Shown: positions 1 through 10,778, counted from the first letter of the stretch. The stretch: DNA of 64,000 nt from Candidatus Spongiihabitans sp. (GCF_965237845.1 NZ_OZ250154.1:259121-323120), one strand, 5' to 3'. The notes: generated from the sequence alone by a model not told the origin. Numbers and translations are program-made.

Positions 1-1
1 A

Positions 2-127
2 GTGTCGAGAATAATGGCGATTAATACAGATTGCAAGCGATTCAAGACGGATATGATCAGGTGGAACCTGAGTATCATGCTGACCGTGACGGCATTGTTT
101 TTCGGGCTGGTCAAATTCGCCATATGA
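2..127 (+). CDS. C-terminal fragment of a CDS that starts left of the window; tail-anchored small membrane protein (possibly DUF1640-like)
   Basis: The frame is open from the window edge to TGA 125-127 (41 codons, below the ORF-track cutoff). The translation ends RWNLSIMLTVTALFFGLVKFAI, a single C-terminal hydrophobic helix with the same layout as ORF 3730..3996. Confidence 0.3.
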   Translation: MSRIMAINTDCKRFKTDMIRWNLSIMLTVTALFFGLVKFAI

Positions 128-557
128 CCCCGCGTATGAACCGCAACGACGCTTCGGGAATCAGATGAATCGACATATTGTCCGGAAAAATCGCCTGAAG
201 CGATTTTTATTCGTCTCATCCTTGACTCACCCCTGCAGGGCAAACAGCAGGTTGATGCCATCGGCGAGACCGAAAACGGCGTGTTGCTAAGCGGCAGACT
301 GCGGTTTTAATGGTGCGGCTTGCGCAGAAATGACGACGGGAAATCGAGTAACAAAATCACTCCATCGGCCAGACTGCGAGCCACCACAGGTGTAAGCCTT
401 CGCGGGATAATTTTGATAGAATCGATTCGCAAGCGTATTCTCGCAAAAGGTGTCGGCGAGTGCAACGAGGAACATATTCCAACGATCCTGAAATGGCATC
501 GAAAAACCAACTGACACGTTTCATAACCCATGCGCCATAACTAATATTCCATAGCCT

Positions 558-1049
558 ATGCCCGCCCCCGCCGAGTTTGAGATTCGCCCGAATAGCGCCT
601 GCCATCCCCGGTCATGGCTTAAGGTTTTTGCGCTATTGGTGGTGGTCTGCCTGAGCATTGCCATCAGATTTGCTTTACTGGGATACTGGATGATTCTGCC
701 CTTCGCGCTGATAGATGTATTGGCGGTTGGTTTGATTTTGCAGATGGTGGTGCGCCAGTCGGCGTATATCGAAAAAATACGGGTCGATGGCGAGAAGGTG
801 GAAATTCAGCATATCCAGAAAAACAACAATGCCAGTTGGCAGTTTCCATTGCATTGGATTCAAGTGAACTTACAATCACCCAAACATCGTTGGTATCCGC
901 ACAAGTTACTGATCGGCAGTGCCGGCAAATGGGTCGAGATTGGCCGATGTTTGACTGACCGGGAACGAATAACGCTGGCTCAGGCGATTGGCAATCAAGT
1001 CCTGCGCTTCGATGGCATTGATAAGGGCCGGCGGTCCAGCGTAAATTAA
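558..1049 (+). CDS. Integral membrane protein of the type found next to cytochrome oxidase genes (DUF2244-like)
   Basis: 163 aa with two adjacent TM helices (LKVFALLVVVCLSIAIRFALLGYWMILPFALIDVLAVGLIL) and then a soluble tail. It lies directly upstream of the heme O synthase and cox genes. Confidence 0.5.
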   Translation: MPAPAEFEIRPNSACHPRSWLKVFALLVVVCLSIAIRFALLGYWMILPFALIDVLAVGLILQMVVRQSAYIEKIRVDGEKVEIQHIQKNNNASWQFPLHWIQVNLQSPKHRWYPHKLLIGSAGKWVEIGRCLTDRERITLAQAIGNQVLRFDGIDKGRRSSVN

Positions 1050-1078
1050 CCGGCGCAAATCAACCAGCGTAAATCAAC

Positions 1079-1981
1079 ATGAGTGAAGCGATTCAACAAA
1101 GAACCCACTGGCAGGCGTACTTGGTGCTGTGCAAACCCAAAGTGGTATTGCTGATTTTATTCACGGCTCTGGTTGGAATGGTTTTATCCACAGATGGATG
1201 GGTTCCGTTTAACGCCTGGTTTTGGGGATTGATCGGCATCGGATTGGCCGCGTCCGCGGGCGCGGCGCTGAATCATTGGGTGGATGAAGAAATTGACGCG
1301 CGCATGGAGCGTACCCATAACCGACCGCTGCCGGCCGGCAGTATCACTGGCAAACAAGCGGTTATTTTTTCATTGTCGTTGGCAGCGTTGTCTATGGCAG
1401 TGCTGCTCAGTTTCATCAATGTACTGACCGCTGTATTAACATTCGCCTCTATGGTGGGCTATGCGGTTATCTATTCCATGTTCCTCAAGCACAGCACGCC
1501 GCAAAACATCGTCTTGGGTGGTGCGGCAGGCGCCGCGCCGCCGGTATTAGGCTGGACCGCGGTGACCGGCGAACTTCACAGTGAAGCACTGTTATTGTTC
1601 TTGATAATTTTTATCTGGACACCGCCGCACTTTTGGGCGTTAGCGATCAAGCGGGTGGACGATTACGCTAAAGTCGGCGTGCCGATGCTGCCGGTAACCC
1701 ACGGCATTGCCTTCACCAAACTGCATATCCTGCTCTACACCATTTTGCTGGTGGTCGTTACCCTGATGCCATTTCTGGTGTTGATGAGCGGCACGATTTA
1801 TCTGGCTGGCGCGTTGGCTCTGGGTGCGGGATTTGTGTTTTATTCGGTCAAGCTATATCGTACCGACGGCGATCAATACGCCATGAAAACGTTCGGCTAC
1901 TCAATTTTTTACCTCAGTGCGTTGTTCGCATTCCTGCTATTGGATCATTATGCGCGAATTATCATTCGCAATTTTTTATAG
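1079..1981 (+). CDS. cyoE: Protoheme IX farnesyltransferase (heme O synthase)
   Basis: 300-aa polytopic UbiA-family protein with the Asp-rich motif NHWVDEEIDARMERTHNRPLPAG. It sits in cox cluster context. Confidence 0.9.
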   Translation: MSEAIQQRTHWQAYLVLCKPKVVLLILFTALVGMVLSTDGWVPFNAWFWGLIGIGLAASAGAALNHWVDEEIDARMERTHNRPLPAGSITGKQAVIFSLSLAALSMAVLLSFINVLTAVLTFASMVGYAVIYSMFLKHSTPQNIVLGGAAGAAPPVLGWTAVTGELHSEALLLFLIIFIWTPPHFWALAIKRVDDYAKVGVPMLPVTHGIAFTKLHILLYTILLVVVTLMPFLVLMSGTIYLAGALALGAGFVFYSVKLYRTDGDQYAMKTFGYSIFYLSALFAFLLLDHYARIIIRNFL

Positions 1982-1998
1982 GCAATGACGTTCACAAT

Positions 1999-2238
1999 AT
2001 GAGCGCCCGCAATCAACCTCCCGAAGATCCAAACTCAAAAAAACCGGCGGTCACGTTTTTCACCATTCTCCAGAGTGTCTTTTCCTCTTTTATCGGCATA
2101 CAAAATAATGCCAATCGAAAACGCGATTTCGAGAGCGGAAAATTCCGGCATTTTTTCGCCGCGGGGATTATTTTTATGGTGGTCTTTGTGGTGGCGTTGT
2201 GGCTTGGCGTGAAATACTTAATTGCGACTGCGGCTTAA
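1999..2238 (+). CDS. Small membrane protein (DUF2970-like)
   Basis: 79 aa with two hydrophobic helices, 18 nt downstream of cyoE. The family call is from memory of similar small ORFs in cox clusters. Confidence 0.45.
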   Translation: MSARNQPPEDPNSKKPAVTFFTILQSVFSSFIGIQNNANRKRDFESGKFRHFFAAGIIFMVVFVVALWLGVKYLIATAA

Positions 2239-2516
2239 AACATAAGACGGGTATGACCACAAAATGAGTGGCATTAAAACTTGAACACAAATACCCTAAA
2301 TCCAGGCTTTGAAGTTATAATCGCCAACGCACAGCGGGTAAATAGTTGACGGCAGCGGTGTTTGTAACCCATGCCCGATTTGGCCACCATGCCGCCTTTT
2401 TGAGGTCGATGGGTCATGTGCGGTTTGATTAATTTAAATAGGGCAATCTTAAATAGTGCAACCCCTTATGATTTTATTGTATATTATTATTGTTGACGAG
2501 GATTCATAAAAATTTA

Positions 2517-3695
2517 ATGAACAAAATTCAACGAATGCCCGAACGCGCACTCAAAAGAACGGCGAAAACCATGGCAAAAGTTATGTTGGGCATGTCGCTG
2601 TGGGCGCTTAGTTTCACGGCGGCGGCCGATTGGCAACTTAATTTAACTCAGGGGGTAACGGAAATCAGCCGTCGAGTTTACGACATGCATATGATGGTGT
2701 TATGGATCTGTGTGGCTATTGGCGTTTTGGTGTTTGGCGCTATGGCAATCAGCATCGTCAAGCACCGAAAATCCAAAGGCGTTAGCGCGGCGACTTTCCA
2801 CGAAAGCATCACCGCCGAAATGCTTTGGACCGTGGTTCCGTTTGTTATTTTGGTGGCCATGGCAATTCCCGCGGCAAAAACCCTGATTGTGATGGAAGAC
2901 TCCTCCGATGCGGACATCACCATCAAGATTACCGGCCACCAATGGAAATGGGAATACGAATATCTTAATGAGGGGATTCGGTTTATCAGCAGCTTGCACA
3001 GCGATAGCAGAGAGGCCGCGGTGCTGGATTCCGGCATTGACCCACATACGGTGGACAATTATTTGCTGGAGGTGGATAAGCCCATGGTGCTGCCGGTCGG
3101 CAAGAAGGTTCGGTTTTTGCTGACTTCAAATGACGTGCTTCATGCATGGTGGCTGCCGGCTCTGGCGATTAAGAAAGATGCCGTGCCGGGTTTCATCAAT
3201 GAAATGTGGACCAATATCGATGCCGATAAAGTCGGGATTTATCGCGGGCAATGCGCCGAGCTTTGTGGTCGCGACCATGGTTTCATGCCGATTGTGGTGG
3301 AAGCGAAGACAGAGGCCGACTATAACCAATGGGTTGCTCAGGAACTTGTCGCCGCCGAGGAAGCCGCAAATTCGGCGGATCGCGAATGGACTAGGGCCGA
3401 ACTTATGGAAAAAGGCAAACAGGTTTATGACACCACCTGCGCCGCCTGCCACCAAGCCAACGGCGAAGGCATTACTGGGGTATTCCCGGCACTGGCAGGC
3501 AACCAGATGGTGCTCGAAGATATTGAATCCCACATCGGCATTGTCATGAACGGCACGCCCGGCACCGCCATGCAAGCCTTCGCCGCCCAACTCGGCGATG
3601 TTGATATTGCCGCGGTCATCACCTACGAGAGAAATGCCTGGGGCAACGATACCGGCGATGTGATTCAACCGGCCACCATCAAGGCGGCGCGCTGA
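2517..3695 (+). CDS. coxB: Cytochrome c oxidase subunit II with fused C-terminal cytochrome c domain
   Basis: It has N-terminal TM helices, the CuA centre HAWWLP...QCAELCGRDHGFMP and a C-terminal heme-c site CAACH. The ORF-track start is TTG 2490; the first ATG (2517) is used here, so the start is uncertain. Confidence 0.9.
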   Translation: MNKIQRMPERALKRTAKTMAKVMLGMSLWALSFTAAADWQLNLTQGVTEISRRVYDMHMMVLWICVAIGVLVFGAMAISIVKHRKSKGVSAATFHESITAEMLWTVVPFVILVAMAIPAAKTLIVMEDSSDADITIKITGHQWKWEYEYLNEGIRFISSLHSDSREAAVLDSGIDPHTVDNYLLEVDKPMVLPVGKKVRFLLTSNDVLHAWWLPALAIKKDAVPGFINEMWTNIDADKVGIYRGQCAELCGRDHGFMPIVVEAKTEADYNQWVAQELVAAEEAANSADREWTRAELMEKGKQVYDTTCAACHQANGEGITGVFPALAGNQMVLEDIESHIGIVMNGTPGTAMQAFAAQLGDVDIAAVITYERNAWGNDTGDVIQPATIKAAR

Positions 3696-3729
3696 TGCTA
3701 CCAAGAGAAACGCATTTATACTTACGCCA

Positions 3730-3996
3730 ATGAGCGCACTCGCTATGGAAACCCACGAGTTCATCAAAGAACTGACCGAGGCCGGTATGACTGAACGCCA
3801 AGCCGAAGCCATCGCACGCCATCAATCCCAAATCATTAATGAGAATTTGGCGACTAATCATTACTTTGAGTTGTTGAGGCATGACATTGAGTTGTTGAGG
3901 AAAGAATTGATGCTCAAATTAGGTTCGATGATCGTCGCCAGCGGGGCCGCTACGATTGGCATTATTCTCGGCGTGATGTCGGTGATGTTGAAATGA
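3730..3996 (+). CDS. Small coiled-coil, tail-anchored membrane protein (DUF1640-like)
   Basis: 88 aa with a helical N-terminus containing a repeated ELLR (gagttgttgagg at 3868 and 3889) and one C-terminal TM helix. It has an ATGA overlap with the next ORF. Confidence 0.5.
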   Translation: MSALAMETHEFIKELTEAGMTERQAEAIARHQSQIINENLATNHYFELLRHDIELLRKELMLKLGSMIVASGAATIGIILGVMSVMLK

Positions 3997-4220
3997 GACA
4001 GGACGGAAGAATGTTTCCCATGGAAGAAGTGCAAAAATTGCTGGCAAGCAAAAAAAGCGTCAACCACATATTGCATGCCATATTAACGGCCATCACATTT
4101 GGATTGTGGGGCATCGTTTGGTTATGTTGTTTCGCCTTTGTCTCACAGCATAACGGGCAAATTGATGATAAAGTTAGAATAATTGAAATGGCACAGTTGT
4201 CTCAACAAGCATCAAAATGA
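3993..4220 (+). CDS. Small hydrophobic protein, unknown family
   Basis: 75 aa with a hydrophobic stretch ILHAILTAITFGLWGIVWLCCFAFV. It is translationally coupled (ATGA) to the previous ORF and lies between coxB and coxA. Confidence 0.35.
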   Translation: MRQDGRMFPMEEVQKLLASKKSVNHILHAILTAITFGLWGIVWLCCFAFVSQHNGQIDDKVRIIEMAQLSQQASK

Positions 4221-4242
4221 ATGAAACTTTGAGAGCAAATCA

Positions 4243-5826
4243 ATGAACGCATATGCAACCCACGCCGACGACCACCACGATCATCACGGCCCCGCGCCCG
4301 GCCTGATGCGCTGGGTCACCACCACCAACCACAAAGATATTGGAACCCTGTACTTGTGGTTCGCATTTATTATGTTCTTCATCGGCGGCTTCATGGCGCT
4401 GATTATCCGCGCCGAATTATTTCAGCCCGGCCTGCAAATCGTGGATCCGCATTTCTTCAATCAGATGACCACGCTGCATGCATTGGTCATGATTTTCGGC
4501 GTGGTCATGCCGGCCTTCGTCGGGCTGGCGAACTGGATGCTGCCGATAATGGTGGGCGCGCCGGACATGGCGCTGCCGCGCATGAACAACTGGAGTTTCT
4601 GGATCCTGCCATTTGGGTTTGCGATGATGCTTTCCACTCTGTTTATGGAGGGCGGCGCGCCGGCGGCCGGCTGGACTTTGTATCCGCCATTGTCATTGCA
4701 AACCGGCAATGCCTTACCGTTTATAATTTTCTCGATTCACCTGCTTGGGATTTCATCCATCATGGGCGCGATCAATATTATCGCCACCATCATGAACCTG
4801 CGCGCCCCGGGCATGACTTTTATGAAAATGCCGCTGTTTGTTTGGACCTGGTTCATCACCGCTTATTTACTGATCGCGGTAATGCCGGTATTGGCTGGCG
4901 CGGTGACCATGTTGCTAACGGATAAATTTTTCGGCACCAGTTTTTTCGACGCGGCCGGCGGCGGCGACCCGGTGATGTTCCAGCATATTTTCTGGTTCTT
5001 CGGCCATCCTGAAGTCTATATCTTGATTCTGCCGTCATTCGGCCTGGTGTCCGAAATCATCCCGACCTTCTCGCGCAAAAGATTGTTTGGCTATAGCTCA
5101 ATGGTCTATGCCACCGCGTCCATCGCCTTTTTGTCGTTCATTGTTTGGGCGCATCATATGTTCACCGTGGGCATGCCGTTGGCCGGGGAGTTGTTCTTCA
5201 TGTTTTCCACCATGCTGATCGCGGTGCCTACCGGCGTGAAAGTGTTTAACTGGGTATCCACGATGTGGCGCGGGTCGCTGACGTTTGAGACACCGATGCT
5301 GTTCGCCTTGGGTTTTGTGGTGATGTTCACCATCGGCGGTTTCTCCGGGTTGATGCTGGCCATGACCCCTATCGACTTCCAATACCACGACACCTATTTT
5401 GTCGTGGCGCACTTCCACTACGTACTGGTGCCGGGCGCGGTTTTCGGGATTGTCGGCGGTGTTTATTATTGGCTGCCTAAGTGGACCGGCAACCGCTATA
5501 ACGAAGGATTGGGCAAATGGCATTTTTGGCTATCGACCATTTTCGTAAACATCCTGTTCTTCCCGATGCATTTCGTCGGACTCGCTGGAATGCCGCGCCG
5601 CATCCCGGATTACGCCGTCCAATTTACGGATTTCAACCAGATTGCGACCATCGGCGCATTCGGTTTTGGCTTCTCGCAAATCTTGTTCTTGATCTTGGTT
5701 GTGAAATGCATCCGCGGCGGCGAGAAGGCCGCCGACCAGGTTTGGGAAGGCGCCCACGGTTTGGAGTGGACCTTAAGTTCGCCGCCGCCGTACCATACTT
5801 TTTCCGTGCAGCCGATGATTAAATAA
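4243..5826 (+). CDS. ctaD: Cytochrome c oxidase subunit I
   Basis: 527-aa 12-TM heme-copper oxidase. Motifs: WFFGHPEVY (CuB His and cross-linked Tyr), AHHMF, HFHYV. Confidence 0.95.
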   Translation: MNAYATHADDHHDHHGPAPGLMRWVTTTNHKDIGTLYLWFAFIMFFIGGFMALIIRAELFQPGLQIVDPHFFNQMTTLHALVMIFGVVMPAFVGLANWMLPIMVGAPDMALPRMNNWSFWILPFGFAMMLSTLFMEGGAPAAGWTLYPPLSLQTGNALPFIIFSIHLLGISSIMGAINIIATIMNLRAPGMTFMKMPLFVWTWFITAYLLIAVMPVLAGAVTMLLTDKFFGTSFFDAAGGGDPVMFQHIFWFFGHPEVYILILPSFGLVSEIIPTFSRKRLFGYSSMVYATASIAFLSFIVWAHHMFTVGMPLAGELFFMFSTMLIAVPTGVKVFNWVSTMWRGSLTFETPMLFALGFVVMFTIGGFSGLMLAMTPIDFQYHDTYFVVAHFHYVLVPGAVFGIVGGVYYWLPKWTGNRYNEGLGKWHFWLSTIFVNILFFPMHFVGLAGMPRRIPDYAVQFTDFNQIATIGAFGFGFSQILFLILVVKCIRGGEKAADQVWEGAHGLEWTLSSPPPYHTFSVQPMIK

Positions 5827-5994
5827 CCCCGTTAATTGACCTGTTATTGACCTGTTTTTGGATATATCGCGGTGGACAAAAAGGTAAAAAATACGATAGT
5901 TGCGCTTTTCGTGGTTGCGCTAATGATTTATTTTAGCTTTATTTTTTTGGCCGGCAGCGGTCGATTGTGAAGCGATTCCGCAAGATGACGCAAG

Positions 5995-6531
5995 ATGACA
6001 TTGAAACCCAAGTTGATTAAGAAGCGCACAATCGCCCACCTTTTCTTAATTCCGGTGGTTATGTTTGGGTTCGGGTATTTGATGGTGCCGATTTACAATG
6101 TGTTTTGTGATCTAACCGGCTTGAATGGCAAGACCGGCAGTATTTCCGTCAGCCAGGCGCATGAATTTGAAATTGATGCACAGCGGCTGGTGAAAGTGGA
6201 ATTTCTCAGTGTCTTGAATCAGCAAGCGCCCTGGAAATTCGCCCCGGAAGTAAGCAGTATGTTGGTCAATCCCGGCAAACCATACACCACCAACTATATC
6301 GCCGCCAATCAACTGAGTCAGGAGATGGTCGGACAGGCGATACCCAGCGTGGCGCCATCTAAAGCGGCCGCCTATTTCAAAAAAACCGAATGTTTTTGTT
6401 TTAGCCAACAAAAGTTTGCAGCGAATGAATTAAAACAAATGCCGCTGACTTTTGTGATTGATCCGGCGTTACCAGACGACATCAACACGGTGTCGCTTTC
6501 TTACACACTTTTTGATGCAACAGTCGAATAA
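5995..6531 (+). CDS. ctaG: Cytochrome c oxidase assembly protein CtaG/Cox11
   Basis: It has an N-terminal TM helix and a Cox11 domain with the copper-binding motif CFCF (KKTECFCFSQQ). Confidence 0.85.
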   Translation: MTLKPKLIKKRTIAHLFLIPVVMFGFGYLMVPIYNVFCDLTGLNGKTGSISVSQAHEFEIDAQRLVKVEFLSVLNQQAPWKFAPEVSSMLVNPGKPYTTNYIAANQLSQEMVGQAIPSVAPSKAAAYFKKTECFCFSQQKFAANELKQMPLTFVIDPALPDDINTVSLSYTLFDATVE

Positions 6532-6570
6532 ACTAAATAATCGAATTAAATAATATTGAGAGGCACAGTT

Positions 6571-7437
6571 ATGGCAGAGGTGGCGCGCGGTCACTATTTC
6601 GTTCCCGAGGCGGCAAAATGGCCGATTGTCGGCTCCATTGCATTAACCCTGATCATGGGTGGGTTTGCCGCCTATTTAAATGGCAGTGCGCTAGGCTCGA
6701 AATTCAGTATTGCGGGCTTCATACTCTTTGTGGTGATGTTGTTTGGATGGTTTGGAACCGTAATTCGGGAAAGCGAATCAGGCACATACCAACCTTGGGA
6801 AGACATGTCTTTTCGACTGGGAATGAGTTGGTTTATTTTTTCTGAAGTCATGTTCTTCGCGGCTTTCTTCGGCGCACTGTATTATTCTCGCATACTTTCA
6901 GTCCCCTGGCTGCTGGGTGAAGGCGCTGGCACCGAAACCCACATGCAACTGTGGGGGGCATATTCCGAGATTTGGCCGACCAATGGGCCCGGAAATTTAG
7001 GGAGCAGTGACTTCCATATGGGTTGGTGGCCGCTGCCGTTCCTCAATACGATTATTCTGCTTAGTTCCGGGGTTACGGTTACCTGGGCGCACCATGCGAT
7101 CAAAGCCAATCATCGCGCTCAAATCATAATCGGCCTGTTCCTGACCGTCGCCCTCGGGTTCTTGTTCGTCTATTTACAAGGCGTGGAATACATCGAAGCC
7201 TATCATGAAGGCATGACACTCAGCAGTGGTATCTATGGCTCAACATTTTTTATGCTGACCGGATTTCATGGCATGCACGTGACCTTGGGCGCGATCATGT
7301 TGACGGTGATGCTGTTTCGCGCAATTCGTGGACATTTCACCCCTGAGCGGCATTTTGCCTTTGAAGCTGCCGCCTGGTATTGGCACTTTGTGGATGTGGT
7401 TTGGTTAGGATTGTTTATTTTCGTATACGTCCTTTAA
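6571..7437 (+). CDS. coxC: Cytochrome c oxidase subunit III
   Basis: Polytopic subunit III-like sequence (FHGMHVTLG, WYWHFVDVVW). ATG 6571 is preceded by GAGAGG; the ORF-track start at 6556 is a TTG five codons upstream. Confidence 0.9.
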   Translation: MAEVARGHYFVPEAAKWPIVGSIALTLIMGGFAAYLNGSALGSKFSIAGFILFVVMLFGWFGTVIRESESGTYQPWEDMSFRLGMSWFIFSEVMFFAAFFGALYYSRILSVPWLLGEGAGTETHMQLWGAYSEIWPTNGPGNLGSSDFHMGWWPLPFLNTIILLSSGVTVTWAHHAIKANHRAQIIIGLFLTVALGFLFVYLQGVEYIEAYHEGMTLSSGIYGSTFFMLTGFHGMHVTLGAIMLTVMLFRAIRGHFTPERHFAFEAAAWYWHFVDVVWLGLFIFVYVL

Positions 7438-7511
7438 CCCACGAGTCACCACGGGCCACCGTCGCAAGATTTTTAGAAACGGCGCGCGCCGTTTTGGTTC
7501 GCCCATCGTTC

Positions 7512-7721
7512 TTATTGCCCAAATCCGTGCGGAGAAATCCAGCCGAATTGTACGCCAACAAATAAAAGCAGCATAATAAACAGCGACAACCCCACGCGAA
7601 TGAACAGTGATTTAACCATCCGTGTGGAGGCAGCGGGATCCTTGACCATATAGTAAAACGCCGTAAACAAGCTGACGATGACAAATAGCAACAGCGCGAC
7701 CAGTATAATTTTGAACATCAT
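7512..7721 (-). CDS. Twin-TM small protein (DUF2909-like)
   Basis: 69 aa with two TM helices, on the opposite strand between coxC and SURF1. This is a position where such small ORFs commonly sit. Confidence 0.5.
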   Translation of the reverse strand: MMFKIILVALLLFVIVSLFTAFYYMVKDPAASTRMVKSLFIRVGLSLFIMLLLFVGVQFGWISPHGFGQ

Positions 7722-7769
7722 TGATTAACGGCGGCATTGAATGAATAACGGATTGAGGAGGGCGATAAT

Positions 7770-8549
7770 ATGATCACGGATTCCGAAAAAAAACCAATTG
7801 AAAATGGGGTTAAACGCCGGATTATTAAACCCGGGATTATTAAACATGCCGTCATGGTTGTCTATCTATTGGGGTTGTCGTTATTGCTGGGATTAGGCGG
7901 TTGGCAGATCGGCAGGGGCCTGGAAAAAAACCAGGTTGAGAAAGCCATTTCTGAACGGCAAAATCAGCCCATAGTCATAAAAAAACAGCCTGAAAGCTGG
8001 GGCGACATAAAGTACAAAATGGTGCAACTGGATGGAAATTGGTTGGCGGGAAAAACATTTTTGCTGGACAATCGCGTCTATCAGGGGAAAACAGGTTATG
8101 AATTGTTGAATCCCATTCAGCTGAGTGGCGATGGCAGTGCAGTGCTTGTCAATCTCGGCTGGGTTGAAAAGCAACGGGTTAAGGAGGTCATGTCAATCAA
8201 TGCCAGGTTAATCAGCAATGACTCGGTTGAGTCAGAAAAAGTGACCGGCCAACTGTATTTGCCGGACAAAGGGTTTACCCTGGGAGCGGCCTATACAAAT
8301 GAAACTTCATGGCCAAAAATAATCCAGTATTTCGATCAGGCGGCGTTGTCAAAAGCACTGGGGGTTGATCTAGGTCCGGCAGTCGTTGTTTTGGACTCAA
8401 GCCCAAGTCGAGGCTTAATAAAAATCTGGTCGCCCTATGTGGTCAACGCATCTCGCCATTTCGGATATGCTTTTCAATGGTGGGGATTAGCGTTGACATT
8501 GATAATTTTCGGTATTATATGGCGGCGCAACAGTAATAGCCAATTTTGA
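7770..8549 (+). CDS. SURF1-family cytochrome oxidase biogenesis protein
   Basis: 259 aa with TM helices at both ends flanking a periplasmic domain. The C-terminal RHFGYAFQWWGLAL is typical of SURF1/Shy1. Confidence 0.8.
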   Translation: MITDSEKKPIENGVKRRIIKPGIIKHAVMVVYLLGLSLLLGLGGWQIGRGLEKNQVEKAISERQNQPIVIKKQPESWGDIKYKMVQLDGNWLAGKTFLLDNRVYQGKTGYELLNPIQLSGDGSAVLVNLGWVEKQRVKEVMSINARLISNDSVESEKVTGQLYLPDKGFTLGAAYTNETSWPKIIQYFDQAALSKALGVDLGPAVVVLDSSPSRGLIKIWSPYVVNASRHFGYAFQWWGLALTLIIFGIIWRRNSNSQF

Positions 8550-8563
8550 TATGATGGCTTGAT

Positions 8564-9214
8564 ATGACAGACAAAAACAAAAACGCTGGAGGCGCTGATT
8601 TTGGAAACACGGATTTGTGGCGTTCAAGGTTAAAACTAATTTTCATTTTTTTCCTGTTTCTTGGGCCGCTGTTGGTTGCATTCTTTTGGTACTACGGCTT
8701 AGGCGCCATATTGTTGCCGAAAGGGAAATCCAATCATGCTCCGCTGGTCAATCCGGTGGTCACTTTAACCCCATTCGAAAATAGTCTGTTCAACCACGGG
8801 CGCATTTCATCAGGAAGAATTTCACTTGAGTCGTTAAAACATAAATGGACCATCGTGCACTTGCTCAATTCCAACTGTGAGGCACAATGCCAAAAGTCCC
8901 TCTATAACACACGCCAAACGCGTATCGCCCTGGGCAAAGGCGCCGTGCGCGTGCAGCGCTATGTGGTTATCAATGACTCTGTATTGGCCGATGAAATTCA
9001 GCAACGCCACGCAGATGTTGTGCTGGTGAATCAATCCGGGGAAGGGCTGCAAAAACAATTGCAGCGGATTATTGAGCAACATAATATTGGCAGTGATGAT
9101 GCGCTATTAATTGACCCGGTGGGAAACGTAATGATGGTGATTCCCGTGGATCTGGATCCAAGGCTGTTGCTCAAAGACCTGAAGAAACTGCTTAAAGTGT
9201 CACGGATAGGTTGA
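8564..9214 (+). CDS. Membrane-anchored hypothetical protein, possibly SCO/thioredoxin-like
   Basis: 216 aa with an N-terminal TM helix and a CxxxC motif (NSNCEAQCQ) reminiscent of SCO/SenC copper chaperones. It ends the cox cluster. The assignment is tentative. Confidence 0.4.
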   Translation: MTDKNKNAGGADFGNTDLWRSRLKLIFIFFLFLGPLLVAFFWYYGLGAILLPKGKSNHAPLVNPVVTLTPFENSLFNHGRISSGRISLESLKHKWTIVHLLNSNCEAQCQKSLYNTRQTRIALGKGAVRVQRYVVINDSVLADEIQQRHADVVLVNQSGEGLQKQLQRIIEQHNIGSDDALLIDPVGNVMMVIPVDLDPRLLLKDLKKLLKVSRIG

Positions 9215-9272
9215 TAGAATAGACCTGTGCAAGCCCACAGCAATTTTATTTGGTGAAAAATCGCGCAATAAT

Positions 9273-10673
9273 ATGAATCAAAAAAAACCATGGGGAGGGC
9301 GCTTTTTAAGCGCCACCAATCGCCTGATGGAACAATTTTCCGCATCAGTTGGTTTCGACTGCCGATTATATCGACACGACATTGCTGGATCAATTGCCCA
9401 TGCGCGTATGCTCAGCCGCCAAGGTATTATTACTCAAATGGACTTTGATTCCATTGCAAAAGGATTGTTGGAAATCCAAGCTGAAATAGAAAACAACACC
9501 TTTGAATGGCGCGAAGGGCTTGAAGATGTTCACATGAATATTGAAGCGGCATTAACCTCAAGAATTGGCGAGGCCGGTAAAAAACTGCATACCGGGCGCT
9601 CGCGCAACGATCAGGTTGCCACCGACATGCGTTTATTTCTGAGGCAAGCGCTGGATGGGATATGCTTGCAATTGACCGAATTGCAACATGCGTTAATCAG
9701 ATTGGCCGAGCATGAGGCGGAAACTATCCTGCCCGGTTATACGCATATGCAGGCCGCTCAGCCGGTGATTTTGGGGCATCATATTCTGGCCTGGAACGAA
9801 ATGCTGCAACGTGATTTCGAACGGTTTCAGCAATGCAGGCAAAGGATAAATATTTGTCCGCTGGGCAGTGCGGCGCTGGCTGGCACCAGTTACCCCATAG
9901 ATCGGGAAATGACCGCCCAGGAACTCGGTTTCGAGGGTGTTAGTTTGAATTCGCTGGATGCGGTATCGGATCGTGATTTCATTATTGAATTTACCGCCCA
10001 TGCCGCACTGGCCATGATTCACTTATCGCGGGTCTCGGAAGAGTTGGTGCTGTGGTCATCCGATGCCTTTGGATTCGTAGATTTGGGCGACCAGTTTTGC
10101 ACCGGTTCGAGCATCATGCCACAGAAAAAAAATCCCGACGTTGCCGAGCTGACCCGAGGAAAAAGCGGGCGAGTTTGCGGTGATTTGATGTCGCTGTTAA
10201 TGTTAATGAAAGGGCAACCCCTAGCCTATAACCGAGATAATCAGGAAGATAAAGAGCCCCTGTTTGATACCGTCGATACGCTGCAACTCTGTTTGGGTGT
10301 TTTTTCGGCGATGTTTCCTGGGGTGAAATTTAACCGCGATAGAATGAATGCGGTGGCTGAAAAAGGATATTCCACGGCAACGGATTTGGCGGATTATCTG
10401 GCAAGGAAAAACATTCCGTTTCGGGATGCCCATGAAGTTGTTGGTAAGGTTGTCGGTTATGCCGTTGAACAAAGTGTGGCCTTGCCAGATATAGCGTTAA
10501 GTCAATTGCAAAAGTATTGCGCGGTGATTGAGCAAGATGTTTATGCTGTGTTGGACTTGCAGGGCTCGGTCAATGCGCGCGATCATATGGGCGGAACAGC
10601 GCCAAAACGGGTTAGGCAGGCGGCCGCGGCCGCACGAAAATTACTCGATGCAAGAAAGTCCAATTCAGGATAA
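9273..10673 (+). CDS. argH: Argininosuccinate lyase
   Basis: 466 aa with the fumarate-lyase signature [15 protein letters not shown] and N-terminal WGGRF. Confidence 0.95.
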   Translation: MNQKKPWGGRFLSATNRLMEQFSASVGFDCRLYRHDIAGSIAHARMLSRQGIITQMDFDSIAKGLLEIQAEIENNTFEWREGLEDVHMNIEAALTSRIGEAGKKLHTGRSRNDQVATDMRLFLRQALDGICLQLTELQHALIRLAEHEAETILPGYTHMQAAQPVILGHHILAWNEMLQRDFERFQQCRQRINICPLGSAALAGTSYPIDREMTAQELGFEGVSLNSLDAVSDRDFIIEFTAHAALAMIHLSRVSEELVLWSSDAFGFVDLGDQFCTGSSIMPQKKNPDVAELTRGKSGRVCGDLMSLLMLMKGQPLAYNRDNQEDKEPLFDTVDTLQLCLGVFSAMFPGVKFNRDRMNAVAEKGYSTATDLADYLARKNIPFRDAHEVVGKVVGYAVEQSVALPDIALSQLQKYCAVIEQDVYAVLDLQGSVNARDHMGGTAPKRVRQAAAAARKLLDARKSNSG

Positions 10674-10701
10674 AATCACAGGCGGATTCATCTCGGCCCA
10701 A

Positions 10702-10731
10702 GATATAAGCAATGACGATATAAGCAATGAC
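10702..10731 (+). repeat. Perfect 15-nt tandem duplication (gatataagcaatgac x2) in the argH-lptM spacer
   Basis: Read directly: 10702-10716 is identical to 10717-10731. Confidence 0.9.
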
Positions 10732-10778
10732 CAACCAAATATCCGCATCCCTAAGAATGTGATCCCCAAAAGGTATCA

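Noticed and set aside
130-557. Overlapping minus-strand ORFs 287..517, 307..531 and 357..605 and plus-strand ORF 320..514
   Set aside because: None has a recognisable motif, a start signal or plausible composition. The region may be a promoter or leader, or a decayed gene, but I cannot support a call.
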